Translations under genes and position numbers: made by a program
Notes under the pieces: model-generated
Told to the model about the DNA's origin: nothing
What the model saw: only the letters and a program-made list of their open reading frames with translations
Databases searched by the model: none
Shown here: one piece after another, positions 50,912-57,822 of the stretch
Numbering within the stretch: position 1 is the stretch's first letter
How the letters are laid out: every line of letters starts with the position of its first letter
Source: a virus
Virus record (IMG/VR): IMGVR_UViG_3300028840_004184
Span: 32,001 to 96,000 of that record
DNA length: 64,000 nucleotides
Reading direction: 5' to 3' (one strand)

Positions 50912-50985
50912 CTGAGGGTCTGCTTATAACACATTTTTTAACACAATATACAGACCCTCAGGAGAAAAACTTCTGAGGGTTTTTT
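50912..50985 (+). terminator. mutually exclusive antiterminator (50912-50922 / 50951-50961) and terminator (50954-50980 + T-run)
   Basis: CTGAGGGTCTG/CAGACCCTCAG versus ACCCTCAGGAG/CTTCTGAGGGT-TTTTT. Confidence 0.85.
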
Positions 50986-51063
50986 AATGTTCAGTCGCCG
51001 AAGGGCTCACAAAAAAGTAGCTTTAAGATTAGCCGAATGGATTCAAGATATTTATAAATAAGT

Positions 51064-51137
51064 GCGTGGATGGTGTAGTGATAGCATCTGTGATTCCAAC
51101 TCATAGGGCCAGGGTTTGATTCCTTGTCTGCGTGCCA
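51064..51137 (+). tRNA. tRNA-Trp(CCA)
   Basis: cloverleaf, loop TTCCAAC, G73, CCA; G-U-rich acceptor. Confidence 0.8.
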
Positions 51138-51161
51138 ATTTTTATTGAGATATTTTATAAC

Positions 51162-51238
51162 GGGGGTGTAGTTCAGGTAGTTAGAACGCCAGCCTGTCAC
51201 GTTGGAGGTCGAGGGTGCGATGCCCTTCATCCCCGCCA
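51162..51238 (+). tRNA. tRNA-Asp(GTC)
   Basis: cloverleaf, CTGTCAC loop, G73, CCA. Confidence 0.92.
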
Positions 51239-51284
51239 CTTATTTCTTTGTTATGGAGGAATGAGCCTTAAATGAACGATATAT

Positions 51285-51359
51285 GGGCGAATAGTGTTAA
51301 CGGGAGCATACTAGATTTGCACTCTAGGGGTTGGGGTTCAACTCCCCATTTGTCCACCA
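51285..51359 (+). tRNA. tRNA-Ala(TGC)
   Basis: cloverleaf, G3:U70, CCA. Confidence 0.92.
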
Positions 51360-51446
51360 ACACTCAGTCGCCGTGGGGCTTTGATAAAAAATATTGCTCT
51401 TAGGCGAAAAAATAGATTGACAAATAAGAAAGATGTAGTATGATTA

Positions 51447-51522
51447 CTAGGGTTAACTCAGTTTGGTAGAGTACTGGCCTTGGACGCCAGGAGCGTAGGT
51501 TCAAATCCTACACCTTAGACCA
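51447..51522 (+). tRNA. tRNA-Pro(TGG)
   Basis: cloverleaf, C1:G72, CCA. Confidence 0.92.
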
Positions 51523-51527
51523 AAATT

Positions 51528-51640
51528 ATTCTTCCTTGCTGGGTCGTCTAATATGGTAGGACGCCAGTGACTCCTGTGGGGCGGAGCCTGCTCCGTAAAC
51601 TGGAAATGGTGGTTCGATTCCACCACCGTCATGGAGGAAT
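51528..51640 (+). ncRNA. tRNA-like RNA with expanded anticodon domain, no CCA
   Basis: D-arm GTCT-AATATGGTA-GGAC, CCAGT/ACTGG stem, T-arm GGTGG-TTCGATT-CCACC. Confidence 0.6.
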
Positions 51641-51677
51641 CTTTTAAGCTTAAGTTATATTGTATTGGATTTGTGTT

Positions 51678-52199
51678 ATGATATATTTAAGTGAAAAGCA
51701 ACGAAAAAACAAACGCATTATATTAGAGGAAATCAAACCTGTTGATTGTCAGGTGTGTTTTTTCCATGACGTATCTCATTTGCCGTTTAGTGGTTATCCT
51801 ATGCGTTCGAGTTATTATGATGAAATTAATAAGATAGCTTTCGTGTATACGGCTGAAGCGACCAACCGTCATATTTTGTATTCGTTACTACATGAGGTAT
51901 GTCATCACATTACATGGGACAAGAGATGGGATAGGCGTAAGTTTAGACGAGATGAATGGGGGGAGTGGAGACCTAGCCATCCTACATATTATTTGCGAGA
52001 ATATAAAGCAGAGAAGTTATTGCGAAAAATATGTAGACGATATGGATGGCATGAATTACTACAAGAGTCGGATATGTTATTAACAAAACATTTATTAAAT
52101 AAAACAAAAGATACTGAAAGACAATATACATATTCTTGTAAACGTATAGTAAGAGAAGAAAAACGAGACATAGCTCAGATGGTTAGAGCGTTCGGCTGA
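51678..52199 (+). CDS. HExxH metallopeptidase-like protein
   Basis: SLLHEVCHH...E..A; 3' end overlaps tRNA-Ile. Confidence 0.6.
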   Translation: MIYLSEKQRKNKRIILEEIKPVDCQVCFFHDVSHLPFSGYPMRSSYYDEINKIAFVYTAEATNRHILYSLLHEVCHHITWDKRWDRRKFRRDEWGEWRPSHPTYYLREYKAEKLLRKICRRYGWHELLQESDMLLTKHLLNKTKDTERQYTYSCKRIVREEKRDIAQMVRAFG

Positions 52200-52240
52200 T
52201 AACCGAAAGGGCGTAGGTTCAATTCCTACTGTCTCGACCA
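52164..52240 (+). tRNA. tRNA-Ile(GAT)
   Basis: canonical cloverleaf, CCA. Confidence 0.93.
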
Positions 52241-52275
52241 ACACTCAAGCGGCGTGGGCCTTATGGAGAAAATAG

Positions 52276-53055
52276 ATGATAAGAAAGTGTGATAAATGCG
52301 GATCTAACCTTGTTGAGTTGATTACATCGTGGGTTTGCCCTAACAGTTGCAACAAGGTGGACACCCCCTTGAAATCCCCCGGTGACTGGGGATCCGAAAT
52401 AGAACGTGACACCTTCTACCAGGACTTGCTTAAGGAGCAATGCAAAAACTGCGTCAACGAAGGAGATCATGATAATTGTTGTGGCAACGCTTGTGATGAA
52501 ATACCGTGTCCTGGATTTGAGAAAATGCCTGTAAAGAAGTCTATTACAGAACAGTCAATGATGCAACCAGTAGATATAACACAAAGCGGTTGTTTGAGTG
52601 GGCTAAAGAAGCCGCAGACAAAAATGTCATTAAAACAAGATCTCCATAAGCGGCAAGAAGATAAGTCCGCGTCGCTCTGTTCGATGGGTGTTTGGCGATG
52701 TGGATGTGGTAAGTTTCCTATACTCAAAAGCGAACCGGATGAAGAGGGAGATTTATTTTGGTTTTCATGTTGTGATATAGTTTCTTTTAATACGTCAGAT
52801 CTTAAATTGGCAGTTTTGCGATGGAATAATCTCCTTAAGCAGAAGGAGGGGTGGGAAAGACTAGGTGAAGTAGATCACATCGAAATAAACGATGGAAATA
52901 AAATTGTTATACATACTAAAAAGAACAATTTTCATATGAATGAGGATCAAATAATAAGTGATATGTCGGAAAAAGATTGTCCAAATAGTATAAAAAACAT
53001 ATTTCTTTATTATCAACAAAAGCATAATATATATAGATTTGAAATTATACCATGA
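52276..53055 (+). CDS. Cys-rich hypothetical protein with N-terminal zinc ribbon
   Basis: GGAG RBS; CDKC...LITSWVC. Confidence 0.6.
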   Translation: MIRKCDKCGSNLVELITSWVCPNSCNKVDTPLKSPGDWGSEIERDTFYQDLLKEQCKNCVNEGDHDNCCGNACDEIPCPGFEKMPVKKSITEQSMMQPVDITQSGCLSGLKKPQTKMSLKQDLHKRQEDKSASLCSMGVWRCGCGKFPILKSEPDEEGDLFWFSCCDIVSFNTSDLKLAVLRWNNLLKQKEGWERLGEVDHIEINDGNKIVIHTKKNNFHMNEDQIISDMSEKDCPNSIKNIFLYYQQKHNIYRFEIIP

Positions 53056-53141
53056 GTCGAACATATAAAGATACTAAAAGGCGTAGAGATGAAGCAGACG
53101 CACAGAAACAGATAAACGAATATAATCCCGAGCGGGAATAA

Positions 53142-53414
53142 TTGCTGCTTTGCAGCACTAAAATGTTAAATATTTACCGAGCGGTAATATCTAGTTGTTT
53201 TTATTATCATAAACACAAATGTATTATATGTGATGAGATTAATATAGTGGCCGTGCATCATTTTGATTTTAATAATAAAAATAATGAACCGGATAATTTA
53301 ATACCAATGTGCCCAACGCATCATCAATATATGCATAGTAGATTTAGGGAACTAATAGATAAAAAAGTTATTGAATATAGGCAGAGCTTCTTAAAGAAAT
53401 TTCGGAGCACATAA
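53142..53414 (+). CDS. HNH domain protein (possibly truncated)
   Basis: CIIC...VHHFD.N..NN...NL..MCPTHH. Confidence 0.65.
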   Translation: MLLCSTKMLNIYRAVISSCFYYHKHKCIICDEINIVAVHHFDFNNKNNEPDNLIPMCPTHHQYMHSRFRELIDKKVIEYRQSFLKKFRST

Positions 53415-53417
53415 AAA

Positions 53418-53639
53418 ATGGGAATGTATGATGAAATCAAGGTGCCTTGTCCTGAATGTGGTACAATTCATCTTGCCCAATCTAAGGGCGGCGATTGTAC
53501 ACTGGCACTTTATACGTTAAACGAAGCACCGACAGACGTATTACTTGATGTAAACAGACATGGTCCATTCCAATGTGAAAGGTGCTGTACAAGATTTGCT
53601 GTTAAAATACATTGTGTAGCTCAGGTTGTAAAAGAATAA
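53418..53639 (+). CDS. small zinc-ribbon protein
   Basis: MGMYD...CPECG...QSK. Confidence 0.6.
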   Translation: MGMYDEIKVPCPECGTIHLAQSKGGDCTLALYTLNEAPTDVLLDVNRHGPFQCERCCTRFAVKIHCVAQVVKE

Positions 53640-53656
53640 TTTGCGTAGCAATAGCA

Positions 53657-53730
53657 GGACATATCGTATAATGGTATTATGTGTGGCTTACATCCACAAG
53701 ACGGTGGTTCGATTCCATCTATGTCCACCA
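53657..53730 (+). tRNA. tRNA-Val(TAC)
   Basis: cloverleaf, CTTACAT loop, CCA. Confidence 0.88.
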
Positions 53731-53767
53731 ATGCTCAATCGCCGCAAGGCTTGTTAAGGATATTATT

Positions 53768-53944
53768 ATGAAAACAAAATTAAAAATTGTGATTGAATAT
53801 GAAGCAGATCCCGAGGATTATGATACCGAAGATCCAAAGAAAATGGCTGAAATTGATGAGAGTAATTTTAGAGAAGACCCACCATCTTTGATGGAAATGT
53901 TATGTGATTTAGAAGATATTAAAGTTAAAGTGGAGCCAGCATAG
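53768..53944 (+). CDS. small acidic hypothetical protein
   Basis: AAGGA RBS before ATG 53768. Confidence 0.5.
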   Translation: MKTKLKIVIEYEADPEDYDTEDPKKMAEIDESNFREDPPSLMEMLCDLEDIKVKVEPA

Positions 53945-53946
53945 TC

Positions 53947-54405
53947 ATGCAAACTTTTCTCCCGTACCGCGACTTTGAAAAATCGGCTAAATGTCTCGAT
54001 TATCGTCGGCTCGGTAAACAAAGAGTTGAGGCAAAACAGATCCTTAATGTTCTCCTGGGAAGGACAAATAAAAAGGGTTGGCGTAATCATCCATGCGTGA
54101 CAATGTGGCGTGATTATGAACTTGCTTTACAAGAATATTATAATATGATTCTGAAAGAATGGATAAGGCGTGGATATAAAAATAATATGGAATTTGAGTA
54201 TACTTCATATTATAAACATGGTATACTGAGGGTATATCAAGAACCATATACTAATCCTTATTATTGTAAGCCAGAATGGCTCAATAAGACATTCTGTGCC
54301 TCTCATCGTTCTAATCTGCTCCGTAAAGATCCTGAGTGGTATGGACGATTTGAGTGGGAAGAACCAAATAATTTACCGTACATTTGGCCCATTCAGTCAG
54401 CGTGA
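53947..54405 (+). CDS. pyrimidine-dimer DNA glycosylase-like protein (MSMEG_6728 family)
   Basis: MQTFLPY..F..SA..LD..RLGKQRVEA.QI, NHP...MW, SHRSNLLRKDP..Y. Confidence 0.85.
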   Translation: MQTFLPYRDFEKSAKCLDYRRLGKQRVEAKQILNVLLGRTNKKGWRNHPCVTMWRDYELALQEYYNMILKEWIRRGYKNNMEFEYTSYYKHGILRVYQEPYTNPYYCKPEWLNKTFCASHRSNLLRKDPEWYGRFEWEEPNNLPYIWPIQSA

Positions 54406-54430
54406 GCCTTTTTTGTTTATGGAGTAAAAT

Positions 54431-54625
54431 ATGATTGATCCCCAAATTAAAGAATGGATCGACGGTGCTAATATTGAAATGTTGTTGAGGAAATGGAGGT
54501 TCGCAAGGTCTGGTGATCCATATTTCCAAGGAGAAGCCGGAAAGTATTATTCTGAAGTTATGGCCAAGAAACGAAATGAAGACCCGGCGGCTTATACTCG
54601 GGCTAGCAAGAATATTGGATGGTAA
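54431..54625 (+). CDS. hypothetical protein
   Basis: GGAG RBS. Confidence 0.6.
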   Translation: MIDPQIKEWIDGANIEMLLRKWRFARSGDPYFQGEAGKYYSEVMAKKRNEDPAAYTRASKNIGW

Positions 54626-54649
54626 TAAGTTATTTTTGGAGACAATGAA

Positions 54650-55114
54650 ATGAAAACTACGGCTATAGTAACCCTGGCGATATTTATGTTCATAATAGGA
54701 TACGGAGCCTTACATTGTATTATGATAGAACGGGTGAAAGATAATGCAGTTGAAGACTATCGTAGATCGGCGGGTATGATAAGTTTTGATGATGAAGGTC
54801 CTAAGAAAACGGCATGTAAATGGGGCTGGGATATGGAGGCTGATCTTATCGAGACTCCTCATGGTAATCACAAGTTGATACTTAATGCAACTATTACCAA
54901 AGAACCCTGTGGAGAGCCCACGTTCACATTTTTTGTCTTTTTCTTTGGTTCTGATAATCAGATACTAGGGACTAGGAAAATTGTACGTCCTTGTGATAGT
55001 CCTGTGCAGTTATGGATTCCACGAAACACAGCGTATATACTAGTTTGCGGTGAGGGTAAATGTGGTAAATGCGGAAGCGAAGTGTTGAATGCGGCATTGT
55101 TGGAAATAGAATAA
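54650..55114 (+). CDS. membrane-anchored beta-rich protein
   Basis: N-terminal TM, Cys pairs. Confidence 0.55.
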   Translation: MKTTAIVTLAIFMFIIGYGALHCIMIERVKDNAVEDYRRSAGMISFDDEGPKKTACKWGWDMEADLIETPHGNHKLILNATITKEPCGEPTFTFFVFFFGSDNQILGTRKIVRPCDSPVQLWIPRNTAYILVCGEGKCGKCGSEVLNAALLEIE

Positions 55115-55120
55115 TCAAGA

Positions 55121-55197
55121 GTTGACCATGGTGTAGATAGTTAACATATCGGATTGTGACTCCGGGGTCAGCGGGGCGGAACCGCTTGGTCAACCCA
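55121..55197 (+). tRNA. tRNA-His(GTG)
   Basis: G-1:C73, TTGTGAC loop, CCA; aberrant T-loop GGCGGAA. Confidence 0.88.
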
Positions 55198-55236
55198 CAT
55201 AACTTCGTTATGAAGAAAGTCGTAGTTTAAAAATTG

Positions 55237-55329
55237 GGAGGGTTGTCGGAGCGGTCAATCGAGGCGGATTTGAAATCCGTTGGTCAGTTTAAAGCTGGCA
55301 CGGGGGTTCGAATCCCTCACCCTCCTCCA
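55237..55329 (+). tRNA. tRNA-Ser(TGA)
   Basis: long variable arm, TTTGAAA loop, CCA. Confidence 0.92.
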
Positions 55330-55342
55330 AACTTTAAATAAA

Positions 55343-55433
55343 AGTCCATGGCGAAGTGGCAGACGTGTTATTTCATGGTGGGCGTCGGGAGCCGTTAACC
55401 GATAGCTGTTGGTTCGAATCCAGCCCATGGACT
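55343..55433 (+). ncRNA. tRNA-like RNA with expanded anticodon domain, no CCA
   Basis: AGTCCATGG/CCATGGACT closing stem, D-loop-like AAGTGGCAGA, T-arm GTTGG-TTCGAAT-CCAGC. Confidence 0.6.
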
Positions 55434-55456
55434 GTTTTTAAAATGGATAACTTCCC

Positions 55457-55756
55457 ATGGATGATAAAATAAAAATACTAAGATGGTGGAATAAAAATGA
55501 AGCCGAAGTAATAAAAGAATACCATATTGCTGTACGGGTTACAAGAACTAAATCTGGTAAACGACATAGGTATGATGTATGTGCTCAAGACGATGATCCG
55601 AACTTAGCGGGGTGGAATTTTATTAGTATATATCTTCCTCACGATCAGGATGAAGAGGCGAAAAAGAAAGCTATTGAAAAAATTAAAGGCATGGTTCGGT
55701 GTGGTTCTCCTGACATACATATGATAAGAAATGATATCGAGGAACATAAATCATGA
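55457..55756 (+). CDS. hypothetical protein
   Basis: 99-aa ORF between RNA genes. Confidence 0.5.
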   Translation: MDDKIKILRWWNKNEAEVIKEYHIAVRVTRTKSGKRHRYDVCAQDDDPNLAGWNFISIYLPHDQDEEAKKKAIEKIKGMVRCGSPDIHMIRNDIEEHKS

Positions 55757-55962
55757 AACCCAGCAAAAAATCTGAAGGTATTGAGGATTTCCTAGATCGT
55801 TTTGGCGAAGTCGCATACGGAAGAGGCCGTATAGAATCAATTGAAAATGATATCTGTATAAAATGTGGTCAACCAGCCAAAGTTTTTCGCGACGATCTTT
55901 CCCGTAGGGAATATACGATTTCTGGTCTTTGCCAAAAGTGTCAGGATAAGATATTTAAGTAG
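55753..55962 (+). CDS. small zinc-finger protein
   Basis: CIKC...EY.ISGLCQKCQD..F. Confidence 0.65.
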   Translation: MKPSKKSEGIEDFLDRFGEVAYGRGRIESIENDICIKCGQPAKVFRDDLSRREYTISGLCQKCQDKIFK

Positions 55963-56048
55963 GGGTGGCGGAATAATAGACGCAGCCCGATTATGGGTGG
56001 CTATTTTGATCAAATAGTGTGTAGGTGTGAATCCTACCCTCTACACCA
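55959..56048 (+). tRNA. aberrant Leu-like tRNA with truncated anticodon arm
   Basis: GTAGGGG/CCTCTAC acceptor, A73-CCA, long variable arm; anticodon arm only GCCC-GATTAT-GGGT. Confidence 0.6.
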
Positions 56049-56082
56049 AAACTTAGACGCCGTTAGGCTTTGAAATAGAGAC

Positions 56083-56167
56083 GGGCGGGTACCCAAGCGG
56101 CAAAGGGGTGTGGCTGTAGACCACATGGCTAACGCCTACGTTGGTTCGAGTCCAACTCCGCCCACCA
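56083..56167 (+). tRNA. tRNA-Tyr(GTA)
   Basis: cloverleaf with variable arm, CCA. Confidence 0.93.
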
Positions 56168-56180
56168 ACATAACTTCGTT

Positions 56181-56390
56181 ATGGAGAAAGAAAAAATGCG
56201 ACTAAGTGAGTTGATTAATGTATTACTAGAAGTACAGAGAGATTGTAAAAATGATCCCGATTATCCTGATGATCCCCCCGTAGAGATTTGTCAAGCAATT
56301 AGTACAAATATAGGATCGGTAGAGAGATCAAGATATTATAATCACAGGACGGACGGAAAAGATCCAATTGTTATGATACATGAAGCATGA
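56181..56390 (+). CDS. hypothetical protein
   Basis: small ORF; true start may be the second ATG after GGAG. Confidence 0.5.
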   Translation: MEKEKMRLSELINVLLEVQRDCKNDPDYPDDPPVEICQAISTNIGSVERSRYYNHRTDGKDPIVMIHEA

Positions 56391-56407
56391 AGGTCGATAA
56401 ACATAGT

Positions 56408-56493
56408 GGCTCCGTGGGGGAAATTAGCAGACCCGTATCGCTTAAGACGATATGCCCTAGGGCGTTCCAGTGCAAGTCTGGACGGAGCTACCA
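56408..56493 (+). tRNA. tRNA-Leu(TAA)
   Basis: CTTAAGA loop, variable arm, CCA. Confidence 0.9.
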
Positions 56494-56534
56494 AAACATA
56501 AATACCGCTACAGACTTTTGCGGAGCATATACTA

Positions 56535-57155
56535 ATGGGAATGTCACGATCAGAAGCTGGTAAGCTTGGTGCTAAGAAAGTTAATCCGGCACAAAGACAA
56601 AGAGCGATAAACAAATACTACAAAAGTCCATCTATTTGTAAATATTGTGGTAAAGTTATACGAATCAAAAATAAGGAAAAAGCATCTTATGTTAAAAGAA
56701 AGAAATTTTGTAATAGATCATGTTTAATGAGATACATAAACGCGTTACATGTTCGGCAAAGCGATAAACGAAATTGTTTACAATGCGACAAGGTAATACC
56801 AGCGAGACAGAAATACTGCTCTTTGAAATGTCAGCAATTATATAAAAAAATAAAAAGATTCAACGATATAGACGAAAGACAAGATGCTGATGGGTATGGT
56901 AATAAAACTATTAAGTCATATTTGTTATATAAATATGGTTATAAATGCTCTATATGTAATAATACTGTGTGGATGGACAAACAAATCCCCTTAGTTATGG
57001 ACCACGTAGATGGTAATCCATACAATAATAAGATCAATAACTTAAGGCTGGTCTGTGGTAACTGTGATATGCAGTTACCAACGTATAAGTCAAAAAATAG
57101 AGGAAGTGGTCGTCATTATAGACGACTAAGATATAAACAAGACAAAAGCTATTAG
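56535..57155 (+). CDS. HNH homing endonuclease
   Basis: KFCN..C zinc motifs, CSIC...DHVDGN..NN...NL.LVC.NC. Confidence 0.85.
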   Translation: MGMSRSEAGKLGAKKVNPAQRQRAINKYYKSPSICKYCGKVIRIKNKEKASYVKRKKFCNRSCLMRYINALHVRQSDKRNCLQCDKVIPARQKYCSLKCQQLYKKIKRFNDIDERQDADGYGNKTIKSYLLYKYGYKCSICNNTVWMDKQIPLVMDHVDGNPYNNKINNLRLVCGNCDMQLPTYKSKNRGSGRHYRRLRYKQDKSY

Positions 57156-57228
57156 CCTGCATAGTTTAATGGTAAAACCTCGGTTTTGTAATCCGAATTT
57201 CGGCGTTCGATTCGTCGTGCAGGCTCCA
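57155..57228 (+). tRNA. tRNA-Thr(TGT)
   Basis: cloverleaf, CCA. Confidence 0.9.
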
Positions 57229-57258
57229 TGTATTTTTCTTTGTTATGGAGGTGTTAAA

Positions 57259-57465
57259 ATGGTTAACTTCAGTAACGTAAGGGATGTCGGCAGAATTCTT
57301 GCTCTTAGAGAGAGAGCATACCGCAGGTCTAATCGTGAAAAATCATTACAGCCTCGTCATAGCAAACATTGGTGTCCGTCTTGTGACGGAGCTATAATTG
57401 GTGCTGGTAGCAAATGTCCTAGATGTGGAAAGCGTATTTCGCCGAGACGGCTGAAAAAGGAATAA
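57259..57465 (+). CDS. small zinc-ribbon protein
   Basis: GGAGG RBS; WCPSCD...KCPRCG. Confidence 0.6.
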   Translation: MVNFSNVRDVGRILALRERAYRRSNREKSLQPRHSKHWCPSCDGAIIGAGSKCPRCGKRISPRRLKKE

Positions 57466-57488
57466 TGCTACGCAGGCTAAAATTTTAC

Positions 57489-57579
57489 GGAAGGGTGGCC
57501 GAGTTGGCTTATGGCACCGTCCTGCTAAGGCGGAGGGGTATAATAGCCCCCGCAAGTTCGAATCTTGTCCCTTCCTCCA
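57489..57579 (+). tRNA. tRNA-Ser(GCT)
   Basis: long variable arm, CTGCTAA loop, CCA. Confidence 0.92.
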
Positions 57580-57608
57580 TGCTCAATCGCCGCAAGGCTT
57601 ACAGTTGA

Positions 57609-57790
57609 TCTTTGAATATTTATAAGCAAGAGGACTAGGGGCGAGAATCCGTATAATTCAATTCTTAGCCAGGACGTTCGGAGCATGTAAAATGCAGCAC
57701 CGCCTAGTATGAGTTTGCGGATACATATACAGCAACTCTGGTGATAGTTGCTCTGTGAAATCTAACAGAAAAGGCCGTAATATTCAAAGA
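57609..57790 (+). ncRNA. unclassified ~180-nt pseudoknotted structured RNA
   Basis: 12-bp closing stem TCTTTGAATATT/AATATTCAAAGA plus five internal helices and a long pseudoknot; no ORF. Confidence 0.6.
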
Positions 57791-57822
57791 CTTGATTAAT
57801 TTTAACTAAGGAGCAATTTATC

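Noticed and set aside
50714-50985. T-box riboswitch
   Set aside because: No T-box consensus or UGGN antiterminator bulge, and no recognisable Stem I motifs
51417-51444. Promoter TTGACA-16-TATGAT for tRNA-Pro
   Set aside because: The -10 box ends only 2 nt before the tRNA 5' end, so a transcript would start inside the tRNA; not called, but noted as a caveat to the attenuator model
55199-55212. ATAACTTCGT resembles a loxP arm
   Set aside because: Only a partial half-site with no inverted partner at 8-bp spacing and no recombinase; better explained as a small hairpin
55959-56048. Ochre suppressor (TTA) implying a recoded genome
   Set aside because: No 7-nt loop with U33 can be drawn, and genes throughout end normally at TAA, TAG and TGA
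57609-57790. RNase P RNA or 6S RNA
   Set aside because: Lacks GAGGAAAGTCC and P4 complementarity; multibranched rather than rod-shaped. The boxA-like GATCTTTGAA is accounted for as one strand of the closing stem
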